Shown here one piece after another: positions 1 through 10,213 of a stretch of DNA of 64,000 nt; the first letter of the stretch is position 1, and each line of letters opens with the position of its first letter. Made by a program: the position numbers and the translations under genes. This DNA comes from Candidatus Poribacteria bacterium (GTDB lineage Bacteria > Poribacteria > WGA-4E > PCPOR2b), in assembly GCA_965215015.1 (NCBI GenBank), contig OZ244042.1:1440001-1504000 (forward strand), given 5' to 3'. Under the pieces are notes generated by a model. It saw only the letters and a program-made list of their open reading frames with translations, was not told the DNA's origin and did no database searches.

Positions 1-1
1 G

Positions 2-286
2 CAGGAACGTGGCATCAACAATGTCATCCTGATGGGCGTTCACACCAATATCTGTGTTTCCGGACGACCTTTTGGGCTAAGGCAAATGGTCTACCACGGA
101 AAAAACGTCGTGCTATGCCGTGACCTAACAGATTCGCTGTTTCAACCCATGTCTCCTGAGTTCAGCCACTTTCGCGGAACTGACTTGATAGTCGAGCACA
201 TTGAAAAACGCCTGTGCCCGACGATTACCTCCATAGGGTTCACAACAGAGGCCGCGTTTCGCTTCAGGGAGGATACCACCACTTAG
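2..286 (+). CDS. Isochorismatase/cysteine hydrolase family protein, 5'-partial
   Basis: Frame is open from the window edge (QERGINNVILMGVHTNICV); GVHTNICV and VVLCRDLTD match cysteine-hydrolase motifs. Confidence 0.7.
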   Translation, partial: QERGINNVILMGVHTNICVSGRPFGLRQMVYHGKNVVLCRDLTDSLFQPMSPEFSHFRGTDLIVEHIEKRLCPTITSIGFTTEAAFRFREDTTT

Positions 287-311
287 GAGCAAAAGGTTAA
301 TCGCTTATATT

Positions 312-713
312 TTATTCTGTTTCGGGCGGTTCCGGTTCCGGCAAACGATGAACCTCGTTTTCTCCCACATTGGTCCCCAACATGATCAGTTCACACGGTT
401 CCGTCCCGAAGTTTCTAAAGATGTGATACGCGCCAGTCGGCTTAAAAACGGAATCACCTTGTTCAATATGATACCACTCTCCTTCAATATGGATGTGGCA
501 TGAACCGCTTAACACGTAGAACCACTCTTCCTCTTTTGTATGGGTGTGGTATTTGGTATTTGTTCCGCCGGGCGGAATCCGCGTCAGTCGCACTTCAAAC
601 TGTTCCGTGGCATGTTCTTGCCATAGTGGCTTGAATTCGCCATACTGTTGCTCTTCGCCGGGAAAGAACTTGGGCTGCCACGGCATCTCTTTGGTTTTTA
701 CGATGTATTTCAT
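312..713 (-). CDS. Cupin domain protein
   Basis: HTHTKEEEWFYVLSG and GDSVFKPTGAYH cupin motifs; GAGGAG RBS before ATG 713. Confidence 0.85.
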   Translation of the reverse strand: MKYIVKTKEMPWQPKFFPGEEQQYGEFKPLWQEHATEQFEVRLTRIPPGGTNTKYHTHTKEEEWFYVLSGSCHIHIEGEWYHIEQGDSVFKPTGAYHIFRNFGTEPCELIMLGTNVGENEVHRLPEPEPPETE

Positions 714-792
714 CGATTGGCTCCTCACAGAGTTATTGATTGTTAGATTATACAGACAGCGTCGGGTGCCTTTTTAATCCCCAACGAACCTT

Positions 793-1989
793 TCACATCC
801 ATTCAGAGAGGTCAACACGCTCGCCGGTTTCCGCCGCAATATAAGCCCCGTAGCACACAGCGAGGATGTCCCGCCCCAGCTCCACCGTGCTTTTGGGCTG
901 TCGCCCGTAAGCAATCGCCTCGCAGAAGTCAGTGAGTTCATGCGGGAAACCGTTCATCCAATCTTCGTCAGGATTAGTCAGTTGCCAACCGGCGCGGGTC
1001 TCCACCTTTTCCCGAATATAGGTATCACCCAAAACGTGATCGCGAGGCGTATAGGTCAACATCCCCGTGTTCGGGTTGATATTGCACTGCACCACAGCTT
1101 TGCTTGAATAAACTGCCATAACGTTCTGAATGCCGCCAAGTACAATATCTGATGCAGTAATCTGCGCGATGGTGTCGTCGTTAAACGTAATGATCATCGA
1201 TCCCCAATCCTCGCAATCCTTCCAACCTTCCTTAATCCACTTCTCATCTTCATTGACAAAGCTTTCAATATGCGTCAGGTTTGCTACCTCTGCAACAATG
1301 CTCTTGGGTTTGATGGGTTTCCCGTACTTCCGTTGACCCTCGTTGTATTTCAGGTAGAGCGTCGCGCCAACTGGATGGCAGCCCTTGTTGAAGAGCGCGC
1401 CTCCCCCGGAGTATCGCCATTCTTTCGCGTAATCAGAATGTGATCCGCTGTGCGACTCCTCAGCAATGATACGGAGAATAGTATTGTCGCTTTGTGCGAG
1501 GATGTCGTTTGCTTTCTGCACGCTTGGTGCGTGCACCCAGTTCTCCCCATAGCAGAACGTCACGCCATTGCGTTTAACAACATCCACCATTTCATCGGCT
1601 GCCTTTAACGCGGCTTCAAACATTTTGCACCGGGAGGTCTCGCGCCCTACAAGCGTTTCTCCACCGTCACCAAAATAGCCTGTCAGCGGTTTTTCACAGA
1701 TAATGTGTTTGCCGGCTTCGGCTGCCTGAACGGTTAGCGGATAGTGCAGGTAGTTGGGAACGCAGAGATCAACGACAGTTATTTCTTCGTCCGCAAACAG
1801 GGCTTCCGCTGTGGGATAAACTGTCTCCAGATTGTGTTCTTCAGCAAAGGCGGTCGCACTTTCTTGGCTCCTCGCAGTGACCCCTTTGATCTGGAGGTCG
1901 AGGCCGGGGACAAGGCGGTAGTTGTGGACGTGGAATGTTGCAGAAAAACCAGCACCGATCATGCCGATGACAATAGGATTGGTATTCAT
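793..1989 (-). CDS. Gfo/Idh/MocA family oxidoreductase
   Basis: N-terminal GMIGAGF Rossmann motif, HIICEKP, SGGGAL. Confidence 0.9.
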   Translation of the reverse strand: MNTNPIVIGMIGAGFSATFHVHNYRLVPGLDLQIKGVTARSQESATAFAEEHNLETVYPTAEALFADEEITVVDLCVPNYLHYPLTVQAAEAGKHIICEKPLTGYFGDGGETLVGRETSRCKMFEAALKAADEMVDVVKRNGVTFCYGENWVHAPSVQKANDILAQSDNTILRIIAEESHSGSHSDYAKEWRYSGGGALFNKGCHPVGATLYLKYNEGQRKYGKPIKPKSIVAEVANLTHIESFVNEDEKWIKEGWKDCEDWGSMIITFNDDTIAQITASDIVLGGIQNVMAVYSSKAVVQCNINPNTGMLTYTPRDHVLGDTYIREKVETRAGWQLTNPDEDWMNGFPHELTDFCEAIAYGRQPKSTVELGRDILAVCYGAYIAAETGERVDLSEWM

Positions 1990-2314
1990 AGCCTCTTTTT
2001 CTCCTCACTTGAGTCGTACAATGTCAGATAAAATCCGAGCATCTTGGGTACTTATTATAATTTCATTCGTTGTTAATTGGCAAATCCGCAGTGGATATGG
2101 GTTTTCAAATCGAGCCGGGCTGTGCTACTTAACAATTACCATCCGTCTTACAGTGGGGATAATCACCTGTGAAGACTTCATCTTGGAAACCGGTCTCGTC
2201 AAGGTAAAGTTTTGCCAGATGTTTCTGCTGTTGCGAGTTGCTGACGATAGGCTGCACGTTTTTGGGGCCCTCTCTCTTTATATTCGAGTGTTTTTTTCGG
2301 AATGAGCGTATTTG

Positions 2315-3657
2315 CTCATTTACCCCCATTTTTTTCAGGTATAGATTTGAGGTGTTTTTAGTAGCTAGGATAGTGAGAATAATTGTCATTAAGCGTGTAG
2401 GAGGGTATCTCCCCGGCACAGTGGCAGTGTGAACCAGGGATTGAGACACCCCCCACCCCACGCCTCAGCCACCACGCGCTTTATCACCGTAATCAGTGAG
2501 TAGATTTTTGTCTGTGTGTTGAATGCTTTTGCCTATCGGTCTCCTGACTTTTGATAGGTGATAAACAGTAAGCCATAACTGACACAGGCGAAGAGCCATA
2601 ACAGGTTGATGCGCGGTTTTGACGGTTTTTTGAGTATCAAGCTGCCAAAACCGGTCTTGATGTCCCGAAAACCATGTTCAATCTGCATTCTTCGCTTATA
2701 ATCGTGGTATATTTGAGGCCCCGTCAGATGGCTTGAAATCAGATACATCGGTTCAGCAAATCGGTTCAGCAAACCGCGCATCTCTCACAATATACAGGTT
2801 GAGTCGAATCTGATCGGTTAAGTGATAGAGAATCTGTGGATAGAACCCCGTTGCCTGCAACTGTTCTCCCTTTTTAACAGTTTCCCAGACGGTCAGGCGC
2901 GCGGTACGACACACGCGGAGGACAAACGGAATCTGTTATGCTTTGAGAAACTTTATCACATATTTAGCACGAGCGAAACCTCTATCGAATATCAACGTCG
3001 GTTCACGCGAATCCGGTAAAATCGCTGGTGTCTTTTGATACAGTGTGAGACAAAAGGTTGAATAATCTCATTATGACTGGTATAGGTCAACTGTTGAATC
3101 TCAGTATCGGTGTAGAGGTGCCAGTAGATAGGAAGCACCCGGCGCAGGAACGGCACCGCGGCAACAATCGCTTTGAAATTGCCAAATACCTGTGTTTCAT
3201 CCACTAAAATTAACCGGCGTGCTGTGTGAGGTTTACAGACCCGGCGGAGCACAAAGACCAGCCAGCTCCCCATCACCGCGTCAATAGGAAAGGGACGAGC
3301 TAAGAATCGAAGCAGACGTTTCTGTTTCGCCTTTTGATGCTTGACCGCTACCGGCAAGCGTGCGGCAATTTCGTTTATCCGAAACGTCTTGGCCAACACA
3401 ATGGCTAAGGTCGTGAGTATCCGGTTTTTTAACGCCGGTTTTTTCAATACGGGGTTGAAAATTTCGGTGAGAGGGGTTATCATAGAACTGGGATTCACCG
3501 GCTTATGGCGGTGTGTTCCTTTCATAATACCTCCTTGTTTAAGACAAGAGATAGTTTATACAGGGAGGTATTTTACCATATATGACAACCCTTCCTCACA
3601 TCTATACCTCAAAAAACAAACTCCATTACACATCTTTAAAAAATGGGGGTAAGTGAG
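2315..3657 (-). mobile_element. IS4-family-like insertion sequence (decayed), 1343 bp
   Basis: Terminal inverted repeats CTCATTTACCCCCATTTTTT (from 2315) and AAAAAATGGGGGTAAGTGAG (to 3657), 19/20 match; 9-bp direct repeat GCGTATTTG at 2306-2314 and 3658-3666. Confidence 0.9.
2533..3525 (-). pseudogene. DDE transposase (IS4-like), frameshifted with internal stop
   Basis: Fragments in different frames: ILVDET, IFDRGF (followed by in-frame TAA at 2936-2938), YKRRMQIEHGFRDIK (YREK-like); a 13-bp tandem duplication TCGGTTCAGCAAA at 2748-2773 shifts the frame. Confidence 0.85.
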
Positions 3658-3669
3658 GCGTATTTGGGC

Positions 3670-3699
3670 TTGAGAGATCTCCATAAAATATGCTATAAT
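3670..3699 (+). promoter_or_regulatory. Putative sigma70 promoter of the R-M gene
   Basis: TTGAGA-18 nt-TATAAT with extended -10 TG, 47 bp upstream of the ORF. Confidence 0.55.
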
Positions 3700-3746
3700 A
3701 TCCAGTATTTATAAGGGTTTGAGGTCTACTAATCCTTGGGGGAAAG

Positions 3747-6317
3747 TTGATGAAAATTAGTTCTTTTTACCGTATTAAACCTGAAGATTGGGTTTTCACA
3801 ACCAATGCAGATGTTGCCGCCGCTCAGAAAAGGGCGATGGAAAATCCCGAATTGGATGAGAGAAATATTGAAGAGTACGTCCGTCAATGGGTTCTTCAAG
3901 AACTGATTAAAACTTATGGTTACCCTGAAGAATGGCTAGGGGAACGAATCGTTGTTGAAGAAACTGTCCAAATGGGAACGATGAAAAAAGAAGCGGACAT
4001 ATCTATCAAGAATGAACGAGGAAAAACTTTTTTATTCGTTGAGACTAAAAGTCTAGGTGTTTCCGATACTGAATTTTTAAGTGCAGAAAGACAACTTGAG
4101 GGGTATCTTTCCTCAACGCATACGGCAACAATTGGTATGGTTACTGACGGAAGCCCTGCCAGAACTAAAGTGAAACTTAAAAAGGTAGATCCTAACGATT
4201 TTGATTACGTTCCAGACATCCCTTCTTATGAAGTTGGTGAACTTAGCCAGAAGGTAAAACTCCTTAGAGAACTGCCTACCGACTTTACCAAGGGTAAGCA
4301 AACAGGATTAAAACCAATTGGACAAGAATACACAGATGTTCTTTTTCGTTGTCATAAGGTAATTCGCTCAATTGATAACTTGCACGATGATGAGAGTCTT
4401 GACGAATTATGCAAGGTTATTTATACCAAAATCTACGACGAACGTCAGGTTATATCAAAAGCCGTTGGAGCGGCTTTTGCCTTTCAAACTTATGGTGGGA
4501 ACACGGAGGAAATGGCTTCTACTATTCGTGACCTTTATGAGGAGGCGCGAAACACGGATTTGGAAAAATATAGCCAACGGATTCCTGGTTATGAAAGTTC
4601 ACGAGGCGTTTTCAAAGATCAAATTAAGCTTAGCAGTGCTGCTCTGCTAGGTGTTGTTGAACTACTACAGAATTATAGTTTTGTTGATAGTACAACTGAT
4701 GTAAAAGGTCAAGCGTTTCAACAGGTCATTGGTGCGGCTATACGCGCTGGTATGGGACAATATTTCACACCAGACCCAGTTGTGCGAATGGTCGTGGAAA
4801 TTATTAACCCAAAACCAGATGAAATGATACTTGACCCTTTCTGCGGCAGTGGTCACTTTTTAAGCTGCTCACTTGAGCATGTGGAGAAAAATTATAAAAA
4901 CACGATTGATGAATACACTTATAGGCAATTTGCTTTCTTCCACTTGCACGGAATTGAAAAAGATCCCAAGATGGTTCGTGTTGCGATGACCGATATGATG
5001 TTACACGACGATGGTCATAGCAATATTCGTTGTCTTGATGCTTTGTTAAGTTTTGATAATTATCCAGATATACAAGTCCTAGGTGGAGAGGATAATACAA
5101 GTCCAGAGATATTTCATATATGTTTGACTAATCCTCCATTTGGAGCACTTCTCACTGGGGAGGTTATGCAGATACTTGGTAGGTTTGTGCTCGGTAAAGG
5201 CCGAGATTCACTGCCTCTTGAGATACTTGGTTTAGAAAGGACTCTTCAGTTCTTGCGTCCTGGTGGAAGGATGGCTATCGTACTTCCACAAAGTATATTC
5301 ACGAATGCATGGATGCAATTCGTTAGAGACTTCATTCTGGATAACTGTCAAGTAGATGCGATTATATCATTACCTCCACAGACCTTTGCTCCGTTCAAAG
5401 GTGTAGGTAAAGCGTCAGTACTTTTTTTGACGAAAAAGCCTACCAAAAGTTCTTCCTTAGATTATCCCGTTTTTACAGCAATCGCCAAACATGTTGGTTA
5501 TGACAATACAGGCAGAGGTGACCATCGGAACGACCTTCCTACAATCGTTCAAGATTTCAAAAAGTATCAACAGGGTAATATTGACCTGTCAAAACGCTCA
5601 TCCGTCACAAATGGACGAAAACTTATTGAACGAGGTTTCGCTCCTGATTTTTTTCTCCAAGGCAGTGGGCGTGAAGGTTGGGAAACAAAATCCCTTAACG
5701 AGTTATGTGATGAAGTGATTTTTAGTGGTTCAACCCCAGGGCGTAGAGCTTATGCCGATTCTGAGGGACGCATCGTCACCGATTCTGCGGTTCGCATCCT
5801 TAAATGGCGGAATGTTACGAATCGCGGTGTTGAATGGGGGTTGAATGACCGTGCCTTTGCAACCGAGGATTTCTTTCAGAAACATATCGCAAAACGGGTT
5901 CAGATTGGAGATATTCTTGTTGGAACCGCAGCACACAACCCAAAATACATTGGTGAAAAGATAGATGTCGTAGATTATATTCCAGAAGAATATCAAAATG
6001 AGGTTATCTGCACCGCTGAAGTTATGGTTATACGAATAAATCCAAAAAAAATAGATCCGTACTACGTTCTCATGTATCTTAGAACAGAAGAAGGGTATGA
6101 AGCTTTGCAAGGTTGTATCCGGGGACAAACAGCCCATATCTATCCTAAAGATGTGAAACTAATACAGATACCTATACCTCCAGAGGATGAAATGAACGCG
6201 CTTAAAGCCATCCTTGACGTGATGAAAGAGAGTTTGAAGAAACGAAGAGAATTTGAAAAGACGTACCATGATGCAAATACAGCATTTCTGGAATATGTTT
6301 ATCCAGACCAGCATTGA
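3747..6317 (+). CDS. Fused restriction-modification enzyme: HsdR-N-like nuclease + N6-adenine methyltransferase + one HsdS-like TRD (type IIG-like)
   Basis: EEYVRQ..ADISI..FVETK PD-(D/E)xK-like domain; GQYFTP, DPFCGSGHFL (motif I), NPPF (motif IV); C-terminal GSTP..GDILV..IPIPP TRD-like region. Confidence 0.85.
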   Translation: MMKISSFYRIKPEDWVFTTNADVAAAQKRAMENPELDERNIEEYVRQWVLQELIKTYGYPEEWLGERIVVEETVQMGTMKKEADISIKNERGKTFLFVETKSLGVSDTEFLSAERQLEGYLSSTHTATIGMVTDGSPARTKVKLKKVDPNDFDYVPDIPSYEVGELSQKVKLLRELPTDFTKGKQTGLKPIGQEYTDVLFRCHKVIRSIDNLHDDESLDELCKVIYTKIYDERQVISKAVGAAFAFQTYGGNTEEMASTIRDLYEEARNTDLEKYSQRIPGYESSRGVFKDQIKLSSAALLGVVELLQNYSFVDSTTDVKGQAFQQVIGAAIRAGMGQYFTPDPVVRMVVEIINPKPDEMILDPFCGSGHFLSCSLEHVEKNYKNTIDEYTYRQFAFFHLHGIEKDPKMVRVAMTDMMLHDDGHSNIRCLDALLSFDNYPDIQVLGGEDNTSPEIFHICLTNPPFGALLTGEVMQILGRFVLGKGRDSLPLEILGLERTLQFLRPGGRMAIVLPQSIFTNAWMQFVRDFILDNCQVDAIISLPPQTFAPFKGVGKASVLFLTKKPTKSSSLDYPVFTAIAKHVGYDNTGRGDHRNDLPTIVQDFKKYQQGNIDLSKRSSVTNGRKLIERGFAPDFFLQGSGREGWETKSLNELCDEVIFSGSTPGRRAYADSEGRIVTDSAVRILKWRNVTNRGVEWGLNDRAFATEDFFQKHIAKRVQIGDILVGTAAHNPKYIGEKIDVVDYIPEEYQNEVICTAEVMVIRINPKKIDPYYVLMYLRTEEGYEALQGCIRGQTAHIYPKDVKLIQIPIPPEDEMNALKAILDVMKESLKKRREFEKTYHDANTAFLEYVYPDQH

Positions 6318-6331
6318 GAACAGTGCCGGTT

Positions 6332-7099
6332 TCAGTCCAGCAGTCTCCAGAGTTGCTTTCGTTCGTCGCTCCAATCTTCCCATTCGTCAGGGAAAATGTA
6401 CTTCAAGGCCGCTACATCGCGCTTTTTGCCTCCGACGGGAAAGTAGTTCCAACCCATTGCCCGGCGAGGGCCGGCAGCCGTCTTGATGCCCGTCGCGTGC
6501 CAGCAGCTAGGTGTCCAAACTAACGTCCAGCGTGGATCGAGGAGGACCTCAACCTCAGTAGGGTGCTTCGCATAAAGTTCCTGCGGCGCAAAATCGTGCT
6601 GCCCTGTAGCGATTTCTAACTGTAATAGCTCTTCCCAGATTTCTTCCCTGGCTCGTAGATGGCTGCCCGGCAAGATACGCAATGGCGCATTCGTTGGGTC
6701 GTGTCGGTCTAGTCCCGTCCGGAACGAAACCTGTTTGACATCGGGACCGCCATCGGCGTGCCAATAAACTTGCCTGTGTGGACCTTGACTCTCGGAGATA
6801 GCCTTCAACGCATCTCCCAATCCACATGCCCCTACATGCACTTGCTCACAGTCTAGCAAGCGTTTAGCAATTTCGATGAGTTGTGGTTGTTCCACTATCT
6901 GGAGGATTGGCTCTCCTATCATAAGAAATTGACAAGCAAGCTTGTTGAGCCCATTGGGCCAATCTGTGCTCTCCCATTTCTCCTCGTTTCCTACAGCGAT
7001 CTGCTCAACTTCGCGCATCCGTTCTTTGCCAAAGGGATTAGGCATAAAGAAAAATCCGTGTGTTTGAAAATGATTCACCTGTGCCGTGGTAATTTCCAT
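6332..7099 (-). CDS. Phytanoyl-CoA dioxygenase (PhyH) family protein
   Basis: WHADG, LRILPGSH, distal WHAT, RR motif. Confidence 0.85.
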   Translation of the reverse strand: MEITTAQVNHFQTHGFFFMPNPFGKERMREVEQIAVGNEEKWESTDWPNGLNKLACQFLMIGEPILQIVEQPQLIEIAKRLLDCEQVHVGACGLGDALKAISESQGPHRQVYWHADGGPDVKQVSFRTGLDRHDPTNAPLRILPGSHLRAREEIWEELLQLEIATGQHDFAPQELYAKHPTEVEVLLDPRWTLVWTPSCWHATGIKTAAGPRRAMGWNYFPVGGKKRDVAALKYIFPDEWEDWSDERKQLWRLLD

Positions 7100-7146
7100 G
7101 ATTGTTTGACCTCCCTTCGCAAATGGCAGTGTCTATTTTATTCTCC

Positions 7147-7797
7147 CTATTGCGAATAACAAATCCGAAGGCAATATAACCGAGCCTTCGATTCCACAAG
7201 TTCGGCATGGTAGTCTTTGGGCAGCGCGAGTACGTTATTGTGATGGATATTTGTAGATCGGTCAAACGAATATACCTCGCTGTAAATGCGTTGAGAGGTG
7301 TGCTCTTCCGCGGGGGCGAAACGGTAGAAGCAAATCGCTTCGCCAGAGATTGAATGAATAGGTGTTTCGCTGACTGTCAACGCATGTTCGCTACGGTTGA
7401 AATCGTCGCCCGGTTCGAGGATAATAGCTGCCGTTTCAAGAAAGGAGGGTGCTTTGCAGACAGCGACCTCGACAGACTCCTCGTGCGCGAGAACTTCGTA
7501 TGTTGTCCGATACGGAATAGATGCACGATACGCTTCGCCGCCAAAGACATTTGCGCGTTCACCGATGAGTCCGTGAGCCTTATTCCCGTTATGCCCAACA
7601 AGCAATTCGCATTGACCGCCGAGTACGACCAGCATAACTTCGTTATCACCGGTATCCTCAAAGAAAGATTCACCAACGTTAAGATTGAGGATGCCGAACT
7701 CAAGGCACATTATCCCCATCTCACCGCCTTCGATAATTCGGGTATATCCTTTATCCGGTTCGTATTTCTTGTATAGGTCCATCTCTGATCCGTTCAT
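7147..7797 (-). CDS. IolB/KduI-like (5-deoxy-glucuronate isomerase-like) protein, shortened
   Basis: LEFGILNL, TGDNEVMLVVLGG, GERANVF, YRF..QRIY and LPKDYH resemble IolB; the central metal-binding segment appears absent. Confidence 0.6.
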   Translation of the reverse strand: MNGSEMDLYKKYEPDKGYTRIIEGGEMGIMCLEFGILNLNVGESFFEDTGDNEVMLVVLGGQCELLVGHNGNKAHGLIGERANVFGGEAYRASIPYRTTYEVLAHEESVEVAVCKAPSFLETAAIILEPGDDFNRSEHALTVSETPIHSISGEAICFYRFAPAEEHTSQRIYSEVYSFDRSTNIHHNNVLALPKDYHAELVESKARLYCLRICYSQ

Positions 7798-8006
7798 TTG
7801 CCCTGATAGTCGAGGCTTCGCGTTCTAACGCTTTACACTGAGAAGCTTGCGATGTTCATTGCACCCGATGCAATGAAGTGGACTTCATTAGTGGTTGCAT
7901 ATATTAACTGCATTATACCACCAAAGTCATTCGTGAACAATGAAAAATAGAACTAGCCTCTAGTTGCCCCACTTTTGATTCATGGGGAATCCATAAGAAT
8001 TGAGAA

Positions 8007-8035
8007 TTGACAACTCCTGTACGACTCGCTATAAT
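8007..8035 (+). promoter_or_regulatory. Consensus sigma70 promoter of argJ
   Basis: Perfect TTGACA (8007-8012), 17-nt spacer, TATAAT (8030-8035). Confidence 0.8.
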
Positions 8036-8104
8036 GGGGATACTCATTCGGGATATGATAGGAGCAAAAAAGGAAATCAAATCTTTACCCAATGGAGAAT
8101 GGTG

Positions 8105-9310
8105 ATGAAACAGATTGATGGCGGAATAACCGCAGTACCGGGGTTGAGGGCGACCGGTGTCCACGCAGGATTGAAGCAGGATAATGAAAAGGATGTCGCC
8201 TTGATGGTAGCGGATGTGCCCGCGGTTGCAGCAGGTGTCTTCACGCAAAATCGTGTTTGCGCCCCAGTTGTTTTGGTGTGCCGTGAGCATCTCGGTGACA
8301 ATACGGCTCAAGCGATTGTCGTCAACAGCAAGAACGCTAACGCATGTACGGGCGAGGTCGGCATGAAGAATGCCCGACAGATGGCTTCGCTAGTGGGGGA
8401 AGCACTTTGCATCGATCCAAGTCTCGTATTAGTGGCTTCGACAGGAGTCATCGGGCAGCAGTTGCCGATGGATAAAATTACTAACGGCATCCGTCTCGCC
8501 GCGGACGCTTTGGAACCAGATGGTGGACATGACGCTGCTCTTGCAATCATGACCACGGATACCGTTCCCAAAGAGGTCGCCGTTGAGGTTGAGATTAGAG
8601 GGCAAACCGTCAGGATTGGTGGCATGACGAAAGGCGCAGGGATGATTGCTCCGAATCTCGCCACGATGCTCGCTTTTCTAGCAACAGATGCGAATATCGC
8701 TAGTGAACCGCTACAGCAGGCGTTACGCGCTTCCGCTGCGAAGTCTTTCAATCGTATGACAATTGATACGGATAGTAGTACAAACGACACCGTGTTGATC
8801 ATGGCAACGGGCACCGCAAGGAACTCAGAAATTACCGAAACAACTGACGATGACTATGAGGCGTTCCGTGAAGGATTAGACTTTGTCTGCATCGAGTTAG
8901 CGAAGAAGATTGCACGAGATGGGGAGGGCGCAACGAAACTGGTTGAGGTAGCCGTGAAAGGGGCGAAGGACGAAGCAGAAGGGGAGATGGCAGCCCGCGC
9001 AATCGCGGAATCACCTCTCGTGAAGACCGCTGTCTTTGGAGCGGATGCAAATTGGGGACGTATCATGATGGCGGTTGGGAAATCGGGCGCGGAATTCGAT
9101 CCGTATCAGGTGAATGTTTGGCTAAGTGACTATCAACTAGTTAAGGATGGAATGGACGCAGGGTTTGATGAGGACAAAGCAACAGAACTCTTTTCCAAGG
9201 ACACCGTGACCATTTCCGTCGATCTGAATGCTGGTGATGCAGCTGTTACCATGTGGACGTGCGACTATTCTTACGATTATATTAAAATCAATGCGGATTA
9301 CCGGACATAA
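8105..9310 (+). CDS. argJ: Bifunctional ornithine acetyltransferase/N-acetylglutamate synthase
   Basis: GVFTQN, NANACTG, STGVIG, IMTTDT, KGAGMIAPNLATML autocleavage site, RDGEGATK, C-terminal INADYRT; GGAG RBS before ATG 8105. Confidence 0.97.
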   Translation: MKQIDGGITAVPGLRATGVHAGLKQDNEKDVALMVADVPAVAAGVFTQNRVCAPVVLVCREHLGDNTAQAIVVNSKNANACTGEVGMKNARQMASLVGEALCIDPSLVLVASTGVIGQQLPMDKITNGIRLAADALEPDGGHDAALAIMTTDTVPKEVAVEVEIRGQTVRIGGMTKGAGMIAPNLATMLAFLATDANIASEPLQQALRASAAKSFNRMTIDTDSSTNDTVLIMATGTARNSEITETTDDDYEAFREGLDFVCIELAKKIARDGEGATKLVEVAVKGAKDEAEGEMAARAIAESPLVKTAVFGADANWGRIMMAVGKSGAEFDPYQVNVWLSDYQLVKDGMDAGFDEDKATELFSKDTVTISVDLNAGDAAVTMWTCDYSYDYIKINADYRT

Positions 9311-9472
9311 TATCAGCGACTCATGTTAAAAGAAAGTGCAAAACCTAAAGGGCGTGAAACGTGAAAACCATTGGTTCATTAGCTCATTGGTACAGTCGGG
9401 TGAGAAAACCCTGTCCCCGATAAATCGGGATGTTAGAATACCTATCTTGCTGAGAATTCAGACCAAGGAGAA

Positions 9473-10213
9473 ATGACGTATATGCTCACATCTGACGAAA
9501 AGCAATTTTACGACGAGAACGGTTATGTTCTGAAGCAAGGCCTTGTCTCCTTTGAGGAGATAGAAAAGGTTCGAGAAGAAATCCACGACATCCACAACCG
9601 GATGGCAAAACAATCAATTGATGAGGTCGAAGTGGCGTGGGAGGAATTTGATGACCCAAACACGCCGCCGCGGATAAAGCAACTGATGCAAAGTGAGCGG
9701 GTCAGTTCAACCCTGAATAAAATCTTACGTTCGGACGCGATGCTAGACATTATCGAGCAACTGATTGGGCCCAACATTTCATTGTTTCATAGCAAACTGC
9801 TCCCCAAAGATGCCAAAAACGGCACAGCGATTCCTTGGCATCAGGATTATGCCTACTGGCATCTGGACGATAACCGTCCTCTGATGGTAAACTGCCAACT
9901 GGCAATTGACGCAACAACACAGGAGAATGGGTGTATCCAGTTTGTCCCGGGCAGCCATAAATGGGGGTTACAGGAACATGAACGGGGACAAGAGAAATTT
10001 CGCCTGTTTTTGCCGGGACACTATCATGAACGTGATGATGCTGTCCCAGTAGAGATGGAGCCAGGGGCTAGCGTCTTTTTTAATGCACTAATTATTCATG
10101 GATCTGCTGCCAACACATCAACACACCCTCGACGAATGAATACCTTTGCTTATAATGTTACAGGTAATGGCGTAACCCAATGCCGCGAGGCACTTCGGGG
10201 CAAACCCCTCTGA
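9473..10213 (+). CDS. PhyH family dioxygenase
   Basis: WHQDY, NGCIQFVPGSH, IIHGS..N. Confidence 0.9.
   Translation: MTYMLTSDEKQFYDENGYVLKQGLVSFEEIEKVREEIHDIHNRMAKQSIDEVEVAWEEFDDPNTPPRIKQLMQSERVSSTLNKILRSDAMLDIIEQLIGPNISLFHSKLLPKDAKNGTAIPWHQDYAYWHLDDNRPLMVNCQLAIDATTQENGCIQFVPGSHKWGLQEHERGQEKFRLFLPGHYHERDDAVPVEMEPGASVFFNALIIHGSAANTSTHPRRMNTFAYNVTGNGVTQCREALRGKPL

Noticed and set aside
1922-2461. Short ORFs around the IS left end
   Set aside because: They overlap each other and the IS terminus and show no protein-family features
8000-8104. N-terminal extension of argJ in the ORF track
   Set aside because: Overlaps a consensus promoter; the RBS supports ATG 8105
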